NCBI GenBank assembly: GCA_964016885.1 | Contig: OZ024746.1 | Span: 41,726,001-41,790,000 of the forward strand | DNA: 64,000 nucleotides | Direction of reading: 5' to 3' | Source of the DNA: Eledone cirrhosa | Taxonomy: Eukaryota | Shown here: positions 29,725-46,419 of the stretch, one piece after another | Layout: each line of letters begins with the position of its first letter | Position numbering within the stretch: position 1 is the first letter of the stretch | Notes under the pieces: generated by a model | The model's input: the letters and a program-made list of their open reading frames with translations, nothing else | Told to the model about the DNA's origin: nothing | Database searches by the model: none | Translations under genes and position numbers: made by a program

Positions 29725-29887
29725 TGAAAGACGTAAAATAAGAAAATTTTAAAAATTAAAAATTAACTTATTCTCGATAGTTACATTGTTTAACTATATT
29801 TATCCCATTACAGAAACTAATTAGTTGGAGTGAAAATTTTAGTAAGTAAGTTAATTTTTAATTTTTAAAATTTTCTTATTTTACGTC

Positions 29888-29892
<5 letters not shown>
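29725..29892 (+). mobile_element. Fold-back PLE-terminus remnant (family E; hammerhead 3' half only)
   Basis: ~45-bp inverted arms; GAAACTAATTAGTTGGAG at 29813 and downstream sequence match 58529-58600. Confidence 0.65.
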
Positions 29893-29977
<85 letters not shown>

Positions 29978-31319
29978 CTTGTTTGTTTGTGATAAAAATG
30001 AGTGACTTTCTGTGATTTGAAGGTCTGCTCAAAGCATGTCCAATCAAAAATAACCCTTTTGGAATATAAAATGGTATCAGCTAAGAAAATCTTCACTCTT
30101 GCTTCTAATCATTCATAATTTATGCTTTGTGGAAATTATACTTAATCAATCTCCAAATACTGCTTTGTCCAAGATATAATATAAACGACAGGAATTACTG
30201 CAGTAAACATGCTGAGATTAACTGAGTCATGTATCCCGTCAAATGATCTACCATTATGATCGAAGCTGATATTGATATCATCTAACGAAATACAAACTTA
30301 TGAAGTTGTATTCTGGTCCTTTAACATTAATCTTTACAATGTGAGCTGTAGTTAGTTAGTGAGGCAAGCAGGAATATAAATTTCTAATGCTATCTACTGG
30401 TCACAACTTCTAGCATAAGGAGCAACATGAAATAATGTGTCTTGTTTAAGGACATAACACATCACCCAGCCTGGGAATCAAACTCAGAACCTCATAATTA
30501 TGAATACAACTCTATAACTACTAACTCAACAACATGAGCTGCAGTTAGGACAGGAATACCAATGCACTATAAACAGTGTTTTTTTTTGTATTTAATTATG
30601 ACTCGCTATGTTCTGAGTTCAAATTCCACTAGGTTAGCATTTTCCCTTAATCGTTTAAGAGTCAGTAAAATATGTACCAGTTATATACTGGAATTGATTC
30701 AGTTAACTATAACCTTTTTCCTGTGGTTTTGTAGTAATGTAAAAAATCAATATTGTAAACTAAGAAGGGATGATGAAATGCCTTGTTTGGTTTTACACAT
30801 GTCTCTTAATATTTTGCTAGGGTTGATACAAATCTTGCCAGATATTCACTAGAATAAATTCAATTGACTTACTCTGCTGACATCTATTCAAACATTTCAA
30901 ATGCCTCTCTAAAGCAAGATATAGTGCCAACATTAGAAATCTCTGATCTAAATAGTCTGAAACAATCTGAGTCATGTTTCATATGATTGTAAGAGACATT
31001 GATATTATATAAGCATTTGTGGCTTTCTGCCAATATGAGGAAATAACATGAGGAACTAAACAATACTAAGTCCTGAAGAGGTAAGCCCCCAGTAAGCTGA
31101 GTGTACAACCTAGTTTTGATTCCTAGTTGTAGCAATTCCACAGCCTATATATTGTTAAACCTCTTGAGAAATGTATAAACATTGAAAAGTCTCATTTCCT
31201 TTCTCCTCTTTAGATTTAAAGCATTGTAGTTATATAAGAAATCAATATTCTGAACTGGTTCTAAAAGGGACTTTGTTAACTTGAAGCTATGTTAGCAGTT
31301 ATTTTTACATTTCTCATCC

Positions 31320-31680
31320 TCATAGTCATCATTGTTATCATCACCATCACCACTGCTCCTACCACTGGTATCATTTGCATCATTATTTTCCCTGCCACTA
31401 ACACAACCACCAGCACCACCAACACTTCTAAACAACTCCACCACCACAATTACTACCACTAACACCACCACCGCCACCACTACCATCGCTAGTAACATCA
31501 ATAATAACAAGAATTCCACCACTACTACCACTGTTGCTGCCCCTGCTGTCACCACCACCACCACCACTACCATCGCTAGTAACAACTTCAACAATAACAA
31601 GAATTCCACCACCACCATCAGTGTTACCCTTATTCCTACCATTATCATCATGGCTAGCAATATTTGTATTAACAACACAA
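31320..31680. repeat. Low-complexity (ACC/AAC/ATC)n region with an internal direct repeat
   Basis: ACCACTACCATCGCTAGTAACA..AATAACAAGAATTCCACCAC occurs twice within trinucleotide runs. Confidence 0.8.
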
Positions 31681-32551
31681 TAGCACATTGGTTACGCGAG
31701 GAATTCATTAGCTGGCTCCCATCAATAGAAAGATCTTGCATTCTATAGTTTGACTTTGGTGAGGTGTTTTGGCATTAGCATCGTTGTTTAGTCTCATCAT
31801 ATATTGTTATGTGTGTGTGTCAGCCTTATTAATTCTTTTGTCTGAAAACTGCTACTCTACTACCCTAATATGATGTCCACCAGATGGTCCCCATCGGTCT
31901 AGAGAGCAGTGAAGTCTGCACTGGTAGCTGAATGCATCAGGTTGCATGCTACAAACACAAACCACACCTATCATCTATTCAAAAAACAAATTATCAATGG
32001 CTTCTTACATAACAGGATAACTTTTAATACCCACTTTTTTCTATATTTCCAACTACATTCTTAACTTATTTGAACTTACCTAAGCTTTCCAATCTTGCCG
32101 AGGCCAGTCTGGACAAGACATAAATCTGTAAATATTGTAACTGTCAAATAGAAACCATTAACCCTTTAATTAATGAGGAATTTTGAGGATTTACTAAAAT
32201 TATGCATTCTTTCACTTCTAAATTAATAGCTTAACATATGGTTCTTATATAAAATTATGTTGGATGATTTTAATTCATATAGAGACTTTTTTGTTCTGTT
32301 TCATAGAACCAGGGTTGATTTTCAGCAGGTTTCTATCAAAAGTTTTTACTTTTGTGTAACCATACTTCTAAGAAGACTATACCCCCTCCTCCTATTTTCC
32401 TCTCCCTCTTTCCTCCTGTTTTTCTCCTAGCTGCTTTCCTCTGCAAAATCTGGAAGACTACATCCCATATAAGGAAGGAGCCTTGTGAAGTAGGGTGGTT
32501 GCAAGTGTCACTGGTCATTCTGTGGCAATTGCCTTCTGCCATTTTCTCTGC

Positions 32552-32985
32552 AGGGGCACAGCTGAAGTATACTGCTCTGGCTGGGATGTAGTCTCAGTCA
32601 CTTTATCCCCACTAGGGGCACAGCTGAAGTATGCTGCTCTGGCTGGGATGTAGTCTCAGTCACTTTATCCCCACTAGGGGCACAGCTGAAGTATGCTGCT
32701 CTGGCTGGGATGTAGTCTCAGTCACTTTATCCCCACTAGGGGCACAGCTGAAGTATGATGCTCTGGCTGGGATGTAGTCTCAGTCACTTTATCCCCACTA
32801 GGGGCACAGCTGAAGTATGCTGCTCTGGCTGGGATGTAGTCTCAGTCACTTTATCCCCACTAGGGGCACAGCTGAAGTATGATGCTCTGGCTGGGATGTA
32901 GTCTCAGTCACTTTATCCCCACTAGGGGCACAGCTGAAGTATGATGCTCTGGCTGGGATGTAGTCTCAGTCACTTTATCCCCACT
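32552..32985. repeat. 62-bp tandem repeat x7, near-perfect, GC-rich
   Basis: Unit AGGGGCACAGCTGAAGTATG(C/A)TGCTCTGGCTGGGATGTAGTCTCAGTCACTTTATCCCCACT; no spacers. Confidence 0.95.
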
Positions 32986-33225
32986 TTCTTTTTTTTTCAT
33001 TGTTTAATTTCTTTTTCTTTTTTCTTCCATTTTTTTTTCTGTTTTTCTTTCAATCATCATCATCATTTTACGTCTGTTGTTCTACACTTACATGGAGTGG
33101 ATGGGTCCTTCTCAGAACAGCATCTCTCCATTTTATTACATAAACTTTACTATCATATTTAAAAACAAAACAAAAAACCCCCCAGCTAACTGTATGTTTA
33201 AACATTTATTATGTTATATTTTGAT

Positions 33226-33411
33226 GGTGGATTGGCAGTATCGGTAGAGGGTCAGACACCATGCTTTCCAACATAGTTATGTCCCTTTACGATCTGAGTT
33301 CAAATCCCGCCGAAGTTGACTTTGCCTTTCATCCTTACGGGATCGATAAAATAAAGTACTAGTAATGCACTGGGTACTTGCTGGCCTTGTGCCTAAAGTA
33401 GAAACAATTAT
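33226..33411 (+). mobile_element. tRNA-derived SINE S1
   Basis: Full S1 sequence with A/B boxes. Confidence 0.9.
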
Positions 33412-33904
33412 GTTATATTTTCATATGGGATCTGACAAATGTGCTCTTTTGACTCATTAAAACAATAATAATAATTTGCCAGCGAGAATAAAATATTTGG
33501 CAAATTTTCTGATGCTTAGTCTAAAACAAAAAATAAAAAGAAGCAAACTTATATTTTTAATTTCAAGCTGTTTTTTTTATTTATTTATTATATTATTTAA
33601 GTTCTTCTTATCTACAAAAATCAGACACACATGTTCTGTGTAATGGTAAAGCCCAATAAACAAAAAAACATATTGGTCTCTGCTTCTGCTGCCGCAGCAG
33701 CCAATAATAGCCGTCAATATTGGTTTCTCTTTTATATTGCCTAATATTTTGTTTTGTCAATTGAATTTATGCTAGAATAATTTTAGAATAAAGAAGGACA
33801 AGGATGCTCAAAGTTCCAATTGAACTCATAACATCAAAGCATCAAACTGAACACTATGAGTCCAGGGATAAATTTGAATATCTTAAAAACAGCCCACAAT
33901 TTTC

Positions 33905-35950
<2,046 letters not shown>

Positions 35951-36989
35951 TAAATGGATGTAGTTTTTGAATAATTGGGATTTATTAAAAAAATATATTT
36001 TTTCAAATTCCTAACATGTGACTGAGTAACTGCTGCCAATAATTTCTGGTTCACCTTATTATACCAATAAGCCTCTTTTTGGTCTCTGAAAATGCTTGAA
36101 AGAACAGCCAAAATATCCCCAATTCACATTCTCCTCATCTTAAATAAATAGTGATATCTTGTAAAAATTTGATCACCACACTATATAATTATGATAGTAA
36201 GTTTGTACTAATGTAAATTTATTAATCTTTTTGGTGCTAACCCAGCTCTGGTACTATCCATTTTAAAGGGTTCCTATTTAAATGAAGATACTCCAACATA
36301 ATTTTATATAAGAACCATATGTTAAATTGCTATTTTAGTAATGAAATAATTAACAATTTTAGTAAATCCCTCAAAATTCTTCATTAATTAATTACAATAG
36401 AGTGTATATCAATAGAAATATGGTTTAACAAGTACCTGTCACACCACTACTGGTAAAGTTTAACCCTAAGGTCAAATTTCTACCAAACAGTGTTACTAAT
36501 AGTTTCAGTCTAGGACTCCATCATTGTGTAACATATATACATGTACAGGTTGTAGAAAGATATGATCCACATGTATTTCTCCATATATAAGATACAAATG
36601 GTCACAATCCTTGTAGGCTTGATTGATTTTTGCTTTTGTTATTATTTAGCCCCAGGTCAACAACGGTCAAGCAGACCTATGATCAACACTGACCCAGCTA
36701 TGACCATCCCATATTTTATTCAAACAGTGTATCTAATCTACTATTCCTCAATGTGTCCTACATTTCTTTTAAAGATAATATGGAATGATATGAGGAAGAT
36801 TTTGTTTCTATTTCTTGCAGTTCAAGCAGTCACATAGAATCTACTTTACTGGTTTATTATCTTTTGTTGGCTATAATAAGTAGGTCTCACAATTTTCAGC
36901 AAACTTGTCTTGACAGCCAAGTTAATACCATAGATTTTCTTCTCATTCAGCATTTTCTCTCTCCGAAATGGCTATAAGAGATTTCTCAT

Positions 36990-37190
36990 ATTGAAAATGT
37001 GATTTTAATGTATCCCACTGGCTAAGAATTTGTTTTACATAGTTACTTCTTGCTAACCATCTTGTGGCTAAAGGGAAATCATTTCAACTAGTTCCTCACC
37101 ATCATTGATTAATTTATATATTCTCATGTAAAATTCCATTTGCAGCGCTCATCTGCAGAACCAATTGTATGTTTCTTTTAACAGCCTTAT
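36990..37190 (-). pseudogene. Second hAT transposase fragment
   Basis: Minus strand FPLATRWLARSNYVK; paralogous to 34940-35130. Confidence 0.65.
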
Positions 37191-38270
37191 TTCCACAGGG
37201 CTATACAATTGAGGTTTTGGACAAAAAAGCTCTTTGGCAGTTAGCAGAGACATTTGTGTCTTTCTATGTTGCCATTGCTCATGGTTGTTAAAATATTGTT
37301 TCTAGAGATTTCAAAATTTTCACCTAGATTGAATTAAATGACACCAAAAATAAGGAAAACTAGCTTAAAGTTAGCTGCTCCAAACTATTTGGTTTATATA
37401 CATATTTTTTGCTGGCCTGATAGTACAGAAGAGAATGAACACAATTCCCTTGATATGAAGGTTGTGTTGTGGTGATATATTCTATAGATAGCAATATCTA
37501 TTGTGGTGCTGTGCTCTATAGCTAGCAGTATGTTTTGTTGTGGTAAACTCTATAGTTAAAGAAACATGTGTGCACACACATGTGCATACCCACACATGCA
37601 TACACATACACATAGATAGCTGATGATGGAATGTTCCTTCTTTCCTTGTCCATGGTTTCTATTCACTTTGATGTCTCCTGTAACTTTATCATTTCCCAGT
37701 CTCAGTTTCTGTTCCTTTTACTGCCAATCATCACCATCACTTTTTAACAACTATTTTCCATGTTTGCATGGGCTAGGCATGTTGTCACATTGTGTGACAA
37801 GTCACATAAGGTGTCCATGTCTTGCTCATAAGGAACTGTTTCTGGCTTGGTTTCTACAACTGCATGCTCTTCCTAATATCAAATACATTACAGTATAGAC
37901 TGGGTGCTTTTTATTGTGGCACCAGCATGATAATCTGACTGGGTAGACTGGTACTTTTTGTCATATCACCAGAATGACCACCATACAGAGTAGCCTGTGT
38001 GCTTTGTAGTCTTATCACCAGCACAACCACTTTACAGGGTGGGCTGGGTGGTATTATTGTTGTGGCACCAGCATATAAGGTGGACTACGTGCATTTTGTC
38101 ATAGCAGCAGGACTGGGAGAATAAGTGTGGAGTGTGTCCAGCTTTCTATGTTTATGGGGTTGAACAAACGAGGTGTATCAGTGATGTGGAAGGTGGGGGC
38201 TGTGTAAGAGATGGGGGAAGTAAGGGAGGGGAGCCAAAGTTGGGATACTTACTTAGCTGGTGAAGGGCGA

Positions 38271-38326
<56 letters not shown>

Positions 38327-39117
38327 TATCTATGTATGTATAGATGTGTATAGGTATGTATGTATATATGTGTGTATAGGTATGTATGTATATATATGTG
38401 TATAGGTATGTATGTATATATATGTGTATAGGTATGTATGTATATATGTGCATATATATGTATGTATATATGTGCATATATATGTATGTATATATGTGCA
38501 TATATATTTATGTGTATATGTGTATGTATATATGTGCATATATATGTATGTGTATATCTGCATATATATATGTGTATATATGTATGTATATGTGTATATA
38601 TATATACATACGTGTGTGTATGTATGTATGTATATATCCATATGTATATATATGTAGATATATACATATGTATATGTGTCTATACATATGTGCATATATA
38701 TATATATGTACATACATGTATATATATATATATGTGTATGTATGTATATATGTATGTATGTATGTGTATGTATGTATATATGTATATATATATGTGTGTG
38801 TGTATGTATATATGTATATATATATATATGTGTGTATGTATACATGTATATATATATATAAAGCAATGCCTGTGCCGTGAAGCTTTATATCTGGAGATCT
38901 CTCTGCACTTGTCCTCACATGGTACCATGGGCCCAGCACTGTGTCAATAATTGTCACAAGTGTAGTGTTTGTACCAGAGTTTTCAAGTTGCTGGCTGGAC
39001 TAAAAAGTCACACTCGTTCAGCGCTTCGGTAGGGGTTCTCCTACATGGATATAAAGTAGTGGCCGTACTCGAAAACGAGTTGGCAGCCACCATATATATA
39101 TATGTGTGTGTGTATGT

Positions 39118-39178
<61 letters not shown>

Positions 39179-39471
39179 AATGTATACATGTGTATATATA
39201 TGTATATATATATGTATATATACATATATGTATATATATATGTATATATATATATGTATATATATATGTATATATATATATGTATATATATATGTATATT
39301 TACATATATGTATATATATATATATGTATATATAAATGTATATATATATATATATGTATATATATATGTATATATATATATATATGTATATATATATGTA
39401 TATATATATATATATATGTATTTATATATGTATATATGTATATATATATATATGTATGTATATATGTATAT

Positions 39472-39525
<54 letters not shown>

Positions 39526-39907
39526 GTATATATATATGTATATATATATGTATATATATATGTATATATATATGTATATATATATGTATATATATATGTA
39601 TATGTATATATATGTATATATATATGTATATGTATATATATATATATTTATATATATATATGTATAAACAATTAAGTTAAAACGAAATTTAATTTCGTTT
39701 CGTTATTTGTTTTTATATATGTATATATATATATATATATATGTATATGTATATATATGTATATATATATATATGTATATATGTATGTATATATGTATAT
39801 ATATATGTATATATGTATGTATATATATATATATGTATATGTATATATATGTATATGTATATATATGTATATATATATATGTATATATGTATATATGTAT
39901 ATATATG

Positions 39908-39945
<38 letters not shown>

Positions 39946-39990
39946 TATATATATATATATGTATATGTATATGTATATATATGTATATAG

Positions 39991-40021
<31 letters not shown>

Positions 40022-40080
40022 TATATATATATATGTATATATACGTATGTATATTTACGTATGTATATGTATGTATATAT

Positions 40081-40127
<47 letters not shown>

Positions 40128-40307
40128 TATATATATATATGTATATATACGTATGTATATATATGTATATATATATATATGTATATATATATATGTATAT
40201 ATATGTATATATATATATGTATATATATGTATATATATATATGTATATATATGTATATATATATATGTATAATATAAGATCAAAAGATGGTTAAAGGAGT
40301 TCCATAT

Positions 40308-40376
40308 ATTTTATTATGCGCATTTCAAAAACAAACATCATCAAACAATAATATTTGTGTTTTCATCAGATAAAAC
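40308..40376 (-). ncRNA. Type I hammerhead ribozyme, family A (minus-strand mirror)
   Basis: Exact reverse complement of 40507-40575. Confidence 0.8.
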
Positions 40377-40506
40377 AGGAGAACATGATATGAAGGCTAA
40401 AAAACACTTGTTGATAGTGCAGTTTTAAATCAACATATTTGTTGATATGTTGATTTAAAACTGCACTATCAACAAGTGTTTTTTAGCCTTCATATCATGT
40501 TCTCCT

Positions 40507-40575
40507 GTTTTATCTGATGAAAACACAAATATTATTGTTTGATGATGTTTGTTTTTGAAATGCGCATAATAAAAT
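40507..40575 (+). ncRNA. Type I hammerhead ribozyme, family A
   Basis: Helix I GTTTTAT/ATAAAAT, core CTGATGA (40514-40520), long helix II (40521-40556), GAAA (40557-40560), palindromic helix III ATGCGCAT, NUH=AUA, predicted cut after 40568. Confidence 0.8.
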
Positions 40576-40769
40576 ATATGGAACTCCTTTAACCATCTTT
40601 TGATCTTATATTATGCATACTCCAGTCCCACAAACTGTAGAGTGCTTCTTATCCGATATCTGCATTGCTTTATTGTACTACAATAAAACTCACCTCCTAC
40701 ATATATATATGTATATATATGTATATATATATATGTATATATATGTATATATATATATGTACATATATG

Positions 40770-40803
<34 letters not shown>

Positions 40804-40807
40804 TGTA

Positions 40808-41192
40808 TAGAAGACCCGCCTTACCTAAATACATAGTAAAACCTACTACAGTCAGTAGGCATCTCTAACAAAATACAGCCCCTCCACACCGCCCCTTCTA
40901 TGTAAAGTTATGTTGATGACACACCATCCAGGCCGAAACAAGTGAGATCGTGTAGGTGTCACAACAAAAAAAAAACACACAGTCCACGCTGTAATGTGAC
41001 CGTGTAGGCAACACGGTAAAAACCTCCCAGCCCCACACTGTAAATGTGGTTTGTGTTAGGAAGGGCATCCAACTGTAGAAAACCTGCCAGACAGTCCTAT
41101 GCGAGCAAGACAATCACTCTTGCCTCAAGTGGGAAAACCCCCGTCCAAACCCATGCAAGCGTGGAACACGGACGTTAAACGTTGATGATGAT
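40808..41192 (+). mobile_element. 5'-truncated RTE LINE copy (3' UTR)
   Basis: Matches the RTE ORF end and 3' UTR with (GAT)n tail; (TA)n on both sides. Confidence 0.95.
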
Positions 41193-41207
41193 AATAATAT
41201 ATATATG

Positions 41208-41300
<93 letters not shown>

Positions 41301-41549
41301 ATGTATATATATATGTACATATATATATGTATATATATATATGTACATATATGTATATATATATATGTATATATATGTATATATATATATGTATATATAT
41401 GTATATATATATATGTATATATATGTATATATATATATGTATATATATGTATATATATATATGTATATATATGTATATATATATATGTATATATATGTAT
41501 ATATATATATGTATATATATGTATATATATATGTATATATATGTATATA

Positions 41550-41596
<47 letters not shown>

Positions 41597-41917
41597 GTAT
41601 ATATATATATATGTATATATATATGTGTATATATATGTATATATATATATGTATATGTATATATATGTATGTATATATATGTATATGTATATATATGTAT
41701 ATATATGTATATGTATATATATGTATATATATGTATATGTATATATATGTATGTATATGTATATATATATGTATATGTATATATATGTATATATATGTAT
41801 ATATATGTATATATATGTATATATATGTATATGTATATATATATATGTATATGTATATATATATATGTGTATATATATGTATATGTATATATATATATAT
41901 GTATATATATGTATATG

Positions 41918-41951
<34 letters not shown>

Positions 41952-41963
41952 TATGTTATATAT

Positions 41964-42105
<142 letters not shown>

Positions 42106-42106
42106 G

Positions 42107-42153
<47 letters not shown>

Positions 42154-42154
42154 G

Positions 42155-42342
<188 letters not shown>

Positions 42343-42349
42343 TGTGTAT

Positions 42350-42510
42350 ATAGGAGTAAGTAAGACCCCGACGGCTGAGCTCAAGCCGTCGAAACGGCTT
42401 GAGCTCGGCCGTCGGGGTCTTACTTACTCCTATTACCCACTCTACTACCCTAAGTATTGAGTACTTTGGTGCGTTATGGTCCAACTGGTTCCTTACCACT
42501 TTTCCCTCGC
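42350..42510 (+). mobile_element. PLE-terminus fold-back remnant, family C (hammerhead 3' half)
   Basis: 40-bp arms 42350-42389/42394-42433 around CGAA; right arm GAAA-CGGC-TTGAGCTCG-GCCG-TC-GGGGTC; downstream TTACTTACT and TATTGAGTAC words shared with the family B tail. Confidence 0.7.
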
Positions 42511-42518
42511 TATATATG

Positions 42519-42611
<93 letters not shown>

Positions 42612-42620
42612 GTATATATG

Positions 42621-42807
<187 letters not shown>

Positions 42808-42808
42808 G

Positions 42809-42846
<38 letters not shown>

Positions 42847-42847
<1 letters not shown>

Positions 42848-43135
42848 GATAATAATGATGGCTGCGCGTTTCAAATGGTGGTGCATATGAAAAAGTAAGT
42901 CCTTCATCAGTGACCCTCCAACCGTCCCAGGCATTTCATCGCTTTAAGGGCCATATGCCTCAGGTTGGTGCGAACAACGGCTAAAAAAAGTCGTTGGACA
43001 CGTAAATAAAGGGGACGTTAGGGTAACAAACAAAATGGTTTAAGCAACGGAAAGTGAGAAGAAATAGACAAGTCCCAGATCTCTATGAATATAAACTCGG
43101 TGAAATCGTGAACAAGAGACAAAAGACCATCATAT
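42847..43135 (-). mobile_element. PLE-terminus-like element, family D (CTGATGA...GAAAC core, 3' strand missing)
   Basis: Minus strand GGGTCA-CTGATGA(42910-42904)-31 nt-GAAAC(42872-42868)GCGC; duplicated at 45384-45646. Confidence 0.6.
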
Positions 43136-43137
43136 TG

Positions 43138-43176
<39 letters not shown>

Positions 43177-43194
43177 GTGTATATATATATTATA

Positions 43195-43262
<68 letters not shown>

Positions 43263-43267
43263 TATAC

Positions 43268-43319
<52 letters not shown>

Positions 43320-43370
43320 TATATATATGTATATATATATATATATGTAATATATATATATATGTATACT

Positions 43371-43423
<53 letters not shown>

Positions 43424-43448
43424 GTATATGTATATGTATATATATATG

Positions 43449-43551
<103 letters not shown>

Positions 43552-43555
43552 TATG

Positions 43556-43666
<111 letters not shown>

Positions 43667-43686
43667 TATATATATATATGTATATA

Positions 43687-43803
<117 letters not shown>

Positions 43804-43808
43804 GCATG

Positions 43809-43839
<31 letters not shown>

Positions 43840-43916
43840 GCATGTATATATATATGTATATATATATGTATATATATATATGTATATATATATATGTATA
43901 TATATGTATATATATG

Positions 43917-43949
<33 letters not shown>

Positions 43950-43974
43950 GTATATATGTATATATATATATATG

Positions 43975-44115
<141 letters not shown>

Positions 44116-44133
44116 GTCATGTATATATATATT

Positions 44134-44180
<47 letters not shown>

Positions 44181-44193
44181 GTATGTATATATA

Positions 44194-44280
<87 letters not shown>

Positions 44281-44299
44281 CTATATGTATGTATATATA

Positions 44300-44364
<65 letters not shown>

Positions 44365-44389
44365 ATATATGTATATATGTATATATGTA

Positions 44390-44429
<40 letters not shown>

Positions 44430-44436
44430 GTATATA

Positions 44437-44483
<47 letters not shown>

Positions 44484-44535
44484 GTATATATATATGTATA
44501 TATATATATATATATGTATATCATATATGTATATA

Positions 44536-44582
<47 letters not shown>

Positions 44583-44677
44583 GTATATATATATATGTAT
44601 ATATATATATGTATCATGTATATATATATATGTATATATATATATGTATATGTATATATATATGTATAATATATATG

Positions 44678-44710
<33 letters not shown>

Positions 44711-44750
44711 GTATATATGTATATATATATATATATATGTATATAATATG

Positions 44751-45019
<269 letters not shown>

Positions 45020-45052
45020 GTATATTATTATATATATATGTATATATATATG

Positions 45053-45090
<38 letters not shown>

Positions 45091-45121
45091 TGTATATAAT
45101 ATATATATGTATATAAATATG

Positions 45122-45154
<33 letters not shown>

Positions 45155-45155
45155 G

Positions 45156-45370
<215 letters not shown>

Positions 45371-45383
45371 GTATATATATATT

Positions 45384-45643
45384 AAATGGTGGTGCATATG
45401 AAAAAGTAAGTCCTTCATCAGTGACCCTCCAACCGTCCCAGGCATTTCATCGCTTTAAGGGCCATATGCCTCAGGTTGGTGCGAACAACGGCTAAAAAAA
45501 GTCGTTGGGACACGTAAATAAAGGGGACGTTAGGGTAACAAACAAAATGGTTTAAGCAACGGAAAGTGAGAAGAAATAGACAAGTCCCAGATCTCTATGA
45601 ATATAAACTCGGTGAAATCGTGAACAAGAGACAAAAGACCATC

Positions 45644-45646
<3 letters not shown>
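45384..45646 (-). mobile_element. Second copy of family D element, ending before GAAAC
   Basis: Near-identical to 42873-43135 (one visible 1-bp indel). Confidence 0.6.
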
Positions 45647-45689
<43 letters not shown>

Positions 45690-45692
45690 GTG

Positions 45693-45908
<216 letters not shown>

Positions 45909-45919
45909 TATATGTATAC

Positions 45920-45965
<46 letters not shown>

Positions 45966-46020
45966 GTATATATATATGTATATGTATATGTATATATATA
46001 TGTATATGTATATGTATATA

Positions 46021-46102
<82 letters not shown>

Positions 46103-46113
46103 TATATGATATG

Positions 46114-46162
<49 letters not shown>

Positions 46163-46168
46163 GATATG

Positions 46169-46285
<117 letters not shown>

Positions 46286-46368
46286 GTACATATATATGTA
46301 TATATATATATATATGCATGTATATATATGTATATATATATGTATATATATATGTATATATATATATG

Positions 46369-46413
<45 letters not shown>

Positions 46414-46419
46414 GTATAT

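Larger units (their letters stand above)
40269..40700 (+). mobile_element. PLE-terminus fold-back element, family A (170-bp inverted arms plus 86-bp unique tail)
   Basis: 40269-40438 is the reverse complement of 40445-40614 (spacer TTGTTG); second copy inverted at 54161-54458. Confidence 0.8.

Noticed and set aside
31292-31748. Thr/Asn-rich mucin-like ORF and its Val/Gly-rich antisense ORFs
   Set aside because: Trinucleotide low complexity open on both strands; no convincing gene structure.
32552-32985. CRISPR array or known ribozyme multimer
   Set aside because: No unique spacers, no cas genes, eukaryotic context; CTGAAGT is not a CUGANGA core and there is no GAAA.
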